Origin: Thermoproteota archaeon | Lineage (GTDB): Archaea; Korarchaeota; Korarchaeia; Korarchaeales; Korarchaeaceae | NCBI GenBank assembly: GCA_027491435.1 | Contig: JAOZFG010000011.1 | Span: forward strand, 1 to 12,622 | Direction of reading: 5' to 3' | DNA length: 12,622 nucleotides | Shown here: positions 8,912 to 12,622 of the stretch, in pieces | Position numbering within the stretch: the first letter of the stretch is position 1 | Layout: every line of letters begins with the position of its first letter | The notes under the pieces: model-generated | The model's input: the letters and a program-made list of their open reading frames with translations, nothing else | The model's database searches: none | Told to the model about the DNA's origin: nothing | Translations under genes and position numbers: made by a program

Positions 8912-9159
8912 TGAATCTTACAATTTTATCCTGATTCTAAGGTTATCTTCTTGGTTAAAGCAGTTAATTCTCAGATTCTATACTCCGTAGACCTCTGTGG
9001 TCTATTTATATTTAACTCTTTTATCTGAAAGATTTTTAGGATCTATGTTATGTCTAACAGAGCACCTGGACATTTTCTATATATTCTAACTCTAGAAACT
9101 TCCCTCATGCAGTTAGATATACGTGTTCCGCGGGAAGGGTTTTAAGCTTATGCTAGCCC

Positions 9160-9477
9160 TTGAAGAGAATGTTCCCTATAGTAGTTGAGTCCGAAACTTC
9201 GTGGCTGGAATCCCTGATAAAGTTCGTTCAGGAGCTCAGAAGGGAGTTTAAGGGTAGGTTGAAGAAGGTGATAGCCCTCCCCAGCCCTGAGATGAGGGTC
9301 TACGACTCAAACGTGCTTGTGGTCTTGGACAGGTACGACCTCAAGGACGTAGACCTGGTGGTAGAGCTGGCCCTTAAGGTGGACGAGAGGATAAACCCCC
9401 TGGTCTCCAGCGAAGAGGAAGGGGACGTTAAGGCTTTCCTGGGAGAGGGTGGAGTGGAAGTTGAGGGCTGTGGATAA
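9160..9477 (+). CDS. Minimal nucleotidyltransferase (MNT)-like protein with degenerate catalytic motif; probable antitoxin of the downstream HEPN (start may be ATG 9169)
   Basis: Size ~100 aa and MNT-like layout (helix, KKVIAL strand, loop, NVLVVLD strand, helix, INPLV strand, C-terminal EGGVEV). It overlaps a HEPN gene. The canonical GS...DxD appears as PS...DSN. Confidence 0.6.
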   Translation: MKRMFPIVVESETSWLESLIKFVQELRREFKGRLKKVIALPSPEMRVYDSNVLVVLDRYDLKDVDLVVELALKVDERINPLVSSEEEGDVKAFLGEGGVEVEGCG

Positions 9478-9829
9478 GCTAACCAAGTCGGAAGTCTTGC
9501 TCAAGGAGGCTTGGGCGGACCTAGAGGGCGGTTGTTACAACAAGGCGGTATCAGCCTCTTACTTCGCCGTAAGGCTCCTGGTGGAACATTATATACCGAT
9601 AAACACTTCTAAGGATGATAAGATAGCGAACGCTTTAAAGAGAAGGCTCGAGAGATCTGTAGGAAGTAGGGCTGAGGATTTCAGGAGGAGGTACCTCAAG
9701 CTGTTTCAGAGGAGGAAGATTGCAGACCACAAGCCCCTCCTCTTCTCAAGGGAGGAGGCTGAAGGGATAGTCAGAGAGGCCGCCGATCTGATAGGGGAGC
9801 TGAAGCGCCTGCTGGAGGGTAGTGAGTAG
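9449..9829 (+). CDS. HEPN-domain protein (MNT-associated type), ~120 aa; start may be TTG 9461
   Basis: LKEAxxDLExGxYNKAVSASYFAV N-terminal HEPN helix motif, R-x4-H (RKIADH, 9713-9730) and a SREEAE C-terminal helix. Confidence 0.85.
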   Translation: MEWKLRAVDKLTKSEVLLKEAWADLEGGCYNKAVSASYFAVRLLVEHYIPINTSKDDKIANALKRRLERSVGSRAEDFRRRYLKLFQRRKIADHKPLLFSREEAEGIVREAADLIGELKRLLEGSE

Positions 9830-9887
9830 CTGAGCGTTTGGAGTTCATCCTAGAAAACAAATAAGTAGTTTAAGTTATTTAGGCTAG

Positions 9888-11890
9888 ATGAGGGTAATCA
9901 ACCTTATATTTACAATAGTTATAGCGCTGATCCCGCTGGCGTTAGCCCTGAGGATGGCGGATCCAGCCTACCTGCCCCTTGCATACATGGTTCTAGCGGA
10001 CATGGTCATATCTGGCTTCTTGATGTTCATGTTTCAAGGTAGATACGTGAAAATGGCCCGAAAATATGAGGAAGAGTTCATGCCCAAAAATCCTCAGGGC
10101 CCTCAGGAAGGTGGAGCCTCGCAAAAGCGCTAAGGTTGCTCTCCTCATACCTGTGTACAATGAGCCACCGGACCTAGTCATCGAGACTGCCTGCGCAGCT
10201 AAACAGGCTGTATCAGGATATGGCGACGTTTTCGTCCTGGATGACTCCACCAAGGGGGAGATAAAGGAGGGCATAGACAGGGGCGCCAAGACTGTAGGGT
10301 ATAAGGTCTTCAGGAGGGGTTCCAGGAGAGGCTACAAGGCTGGCGCCTTAAACGACTGGCTCAAAAGGTGCGGCGACGACTACGATTACGTGATGATCCT
10401 GGACGCCGATCAGAGGCCCATTCCCACTGTTCTAGATCACGTCCTCCCGTTTTTCACCGACGATAAAGTGGCTTACGTTCAGGTCCCACAGTACTACTCT
10501 GACCTGAAGACCAGGGTGAGCTTAGCAGCTTACATACAGCAGATACCATTCCTAAGGGTGGTGATGAGGGCTAGACATTACACGGGAAGCGCTTTCAGCC
10601 TGGGAAGCGGAACCATATTCAGGGTGAAGGCCCTTAAGGAGATAGGCGGTTTCTACGAGTGGACGGTTACTGAGGACGTGCACACCTCACTTTTGCTGAA
10701 CGAAAGGGGGTTACGTTGGAGTATACTTGGACGCTCCCCTGGTATGGCACGGGGTTCCGCCCAAGGATGTGGGTTCGTACTGGATACAGCAAGGCAGGTG
10801 GTCCCTAGGTGGCTTCCAGCTGATCCCAGCCTTGATGAAGTCAAGGGTGGAGTTAAGGCAGTTCTTAGATTACCTGGCCGGCGCACTTTACTGGCTTCAC
10901 GTAGGCCCCCTCCTAATAGCTGACGTTATAGCTCCCGCCCTAGTCCTGCTCTTCGACCTCTACTACCTGAGGATGGACCCATTGGCCTACCTGCTAGTTT
11001 ACGTGCCCGCCTTTTCCCTGGGCATAACATACTACATGAAGGCCATGAGGAGGTACAACTACAGGCCATCAGAGTTCTTCATTCACCACGCCGCTCACGT
11101 TCTGGTGTCAATTCCTGTGACCCTCTCGTTCATCTCCGCCCTGTTGAGGAGGAGGGTTCCCTTCAGGACTACTCCTAAATCAGGGAGTAGGAGCAACCTA
11201 GTTTACTCCATTCCTTTCATCCTAATGGCACTGGCCTTATCAGTGGGGATTATAAGGGGGGTTCTCCTCCTTGCTAGCGGCCTCCCCGCCGCCAAGATGT
11301 GGGCAGTCGTCGTGAACGCTTTCTGGGCGGCTTGGTGGTTAACCTTCACCCTACCCGTCTTCTGGATAATCCAGCCCAAGGAGGTTCCTAGGGAGGTTAG
11401 GAGCAGGATAAAACAGAACTACGATTTCCTGGTGCACGTGTTAGCGATAATACTTAGGTGCGCCTCCTCCTTGGAGGATGCTGTGGGCAAATATTACCTT
11501 AGATTGAGCAGAAAGTTTGGTAAGTACTTTGAGAGGCTTGGAGAGGACTCCTTAAGGCATAGGGACGTCTACAAGCTCATTTCCGCCAGGGTATTCGTGG
11601 GAGACGTTGGGATTAACGTGGATGAAGCCCTGGTATGCAGGTCCTACTTCGAGCTGATGGAGAAGGTCAGCAGGATGTACGCTAGGTGTCAGGAGAACCC
11701 CTGCCTCTGTCTAATGCCTGAAGAGGAGATACACATGAGGTTGGTCGCCAACATGTCCGTGGAAATGCTGGAAACCCTAGTCGGCGAGGAGTCCTTGGAC
11801 AAGCTCAGGAAAATAGCTTCGGATGAGGTGGTTCACGAGAGGATTATAGAGGGGTGTGAACAGAGCTACCCCTTCTTTAAACCCAGGTAG
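9888..11890 (+). pseudogene. BcsA/cellulose-synthase-like processive GT2 glycosyltransferase with C-terminal ferritin-like domain. As read it is split into three ORFs (9888-10133, 10066-10923, 10727-11890) by two +1 homopolymer insertions; the reconstructed protein is 666 aa.
   Basis: Two N-terminal TMs, then IPVYNEP, LDDS, YKAGALN, DAD (10402-10410), QVPQ, TED (10669-10677), QQGRW (10787-10801), further TMs and FRTTPK (11162-11179). Removing one A from A5 (10086-10090) and one G from G5 (10706-10710) gives a single open frame. The gene may be intact in vivo if these are sequencing errors. Confidence 0.88.
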
Positions 11891-12162
11891 AGGCCCAAGG
11901 CGAAGGAGCTGGTCGGCATCAGGCTGCTCACCAAGAAGTGGATCAGGGCCTCGCCCCTCTCAAACCCCTCCCTGCTCAGGTTCAGCAGAGCTGATGAGAA
12001 CTTCCCCCAGTGAACTGTCACCAGGCCTTTCCAGTCCAGGTATAGGAGGAGAAGCGTGAAGAGGCCTGCCACAGTCAAGGCAACCTTGATGAACTTCTTT
12101 ACAGTGTAGCCTATCAGCAGCCCCAATATGAAGGGAACGCCCGCCTCCTTCACCAGGTCCAT
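11866..12162 (-). CDS. FUN14-family small membrane protein, 98 aa
   Basis: GxxFILGLLIGYTVKK...AG...LxYLxxxGLVTVxW...SSFALGLYLGLKKG matches the FUN14 pattern. A minus-strand TATA-like TTTTTAA at 12186-12192 lies ~24 nt upstream of the ATG. Confidence 0.85.
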   Translation of the reverse strand: MDLVKEAGVPFILGLLIGYTVKKFIKVALTVAGLFTLLLLYLDWKGLVTVHWGKFSSALLNLSREGFERGEALIHFLVSSLMPTSSFALGLYLGLKKG

Positions 12163-12472
12163 CGTCGTCTAGGCGGGACCCCTAGTTAAAAAGTTCACGC
12201 CCTAAACGATGGCCTCGGAGAGTACAGGGGTGAATTGGGGGTCATCTGGAAGGGCTAAGCTTATTTTGACGCTTTTCAGGCGATTATCAACTCGATTGAT
12301 AGTTAATCGAACTTCACTCTGGGCGTTGTCTGTGTGAGGGCTCCCTATTCACAGGCAGCGACGCTTCCAACCACTTAGGCAGTCCCCAGAAGGGCACTAC
12401 ACCCCAACTTTTAGAAAGTGATGCGAATGTTCCATAACTTTATTTTTGGTTTTCAGTGATTACAAGGGGAAC

Positions 12473-12622
12473 ATGGCTCAGCTTAAGGAGGAACTCCTGG
12501 AGTTACTTGAGAAGGATAAGGAGTTCAGGCATGCCGTAGCTGGGCTCATAGGTTACAAGGAGATCTTGGAGCGAATAGTTTCGCTGGAGGAAGGGCAGCA
12601 GGAGCTGAAGGAGGGGCAGCAG
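12473..12622 (+). CDS. 5' part of an archaeal coiled-coil heptad-repeat protein (paREP/DUF3782-like; such proteins often end in a PD-(D/E)XK nuclease domain), truncated by the window edge
   Basis: Not in the ORF track. Translates as MAQLKEELLELLEKDKEFRHAVAGLIGYKEILERIVSLEEGQQELKEGQQ, and the LLxxDxEFRxAVAGLxG N-terminus is typical of this archaeal family. TATA-like TTTATTT at 12439-12445. Confidence 0.75.
   Translation, partial: MAQLKEELLELLEKDKEFRHAVAGLIGYKEILERIVSLEEGQQELKEGQQ
12584..12622 (+). repeat. Start of a 21-nt coding tandem repeat (LEEGQQE / LKEGQQ...)
   Basis: CTGGAGGAAGGGCAGCAGGAG followed by CTGAAGGAGGGGCAGCAG, running off the window end. Confidence 0.6.

Noticed and set aside
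8908-8934. C-box-like CTGATGA and D-box-like CTGA after the PadR gene as a C/D sRNA
   Set aside because: No second C'/D pair, the would-be guide is very AT-rich, and TGATGA is explained by tandem stop codons.
10083-10090. CCCAAAA as a programmed -1 slippery site
   Set aside because: Joining the ORFs needs a +1 shift, and the heptamer is not phased for -1 recoding from the upstream frame.
9307-10886. - strand ORFs 9307-9504, 9993-10289 and 10653-10886
   Set aside because: Antisense to MNT/HEPN and the GT2 gene, with no motifs.
11856-12059. 67-aa + strand ORF
   Set aside because: Antisense to FUN14; low-complexity Ser/Pro/Gly.
1637-12289. 12-bp match AGGCGATTATCA at 1637-1648 and 12278-12289 as island boundaries (att sites)
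   Set aside because: A few 12-bp matches are expected by chance in 12.6 kb, and there is no integrase or tRNA in the window. Both copies being intergenic is only mildly suggestive.

Overview
Archaeal accessory-type region, probably from a thermophile. This is inferred from TATA-box, leaderless and GGTGA starts, heavy AGG/ATA codon use and archaeal protein families. From left to right: ~630 bp without a clear gene (possible IS remnant); a bactofilin-like beta-helix protein (-) divergent from a small wHTH regulator (+); a CopB-type P1B-3 copper ATPase (-) behind an uncharacterised membrane protein (-); a vapBC pair; an MMPL/RND transporter (-) divergent from a PadR regulator (+) across a striking palindromic operator array; an atypical MNT-like/HEPN pair; a BcsA-like processive GT2 glycan synthase split by two single-base homopolymer insertions; a FUN14 protein (-); a possibly structured intergenic region; and the 5' end of a coiled-coil heptad-repeat gene. 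The strongest novelty candidate is the BcsA-like synthase. It keeps the gating-loop motif but carries a ferritin/rubrerythrin-like domain where bacterial BcsA has the c-di-GMP-binding PilZ domain, suggesting a metal- or redox-gated polysaccharide synthase. All family calls come from motif recognition by eye; no database searches were run.
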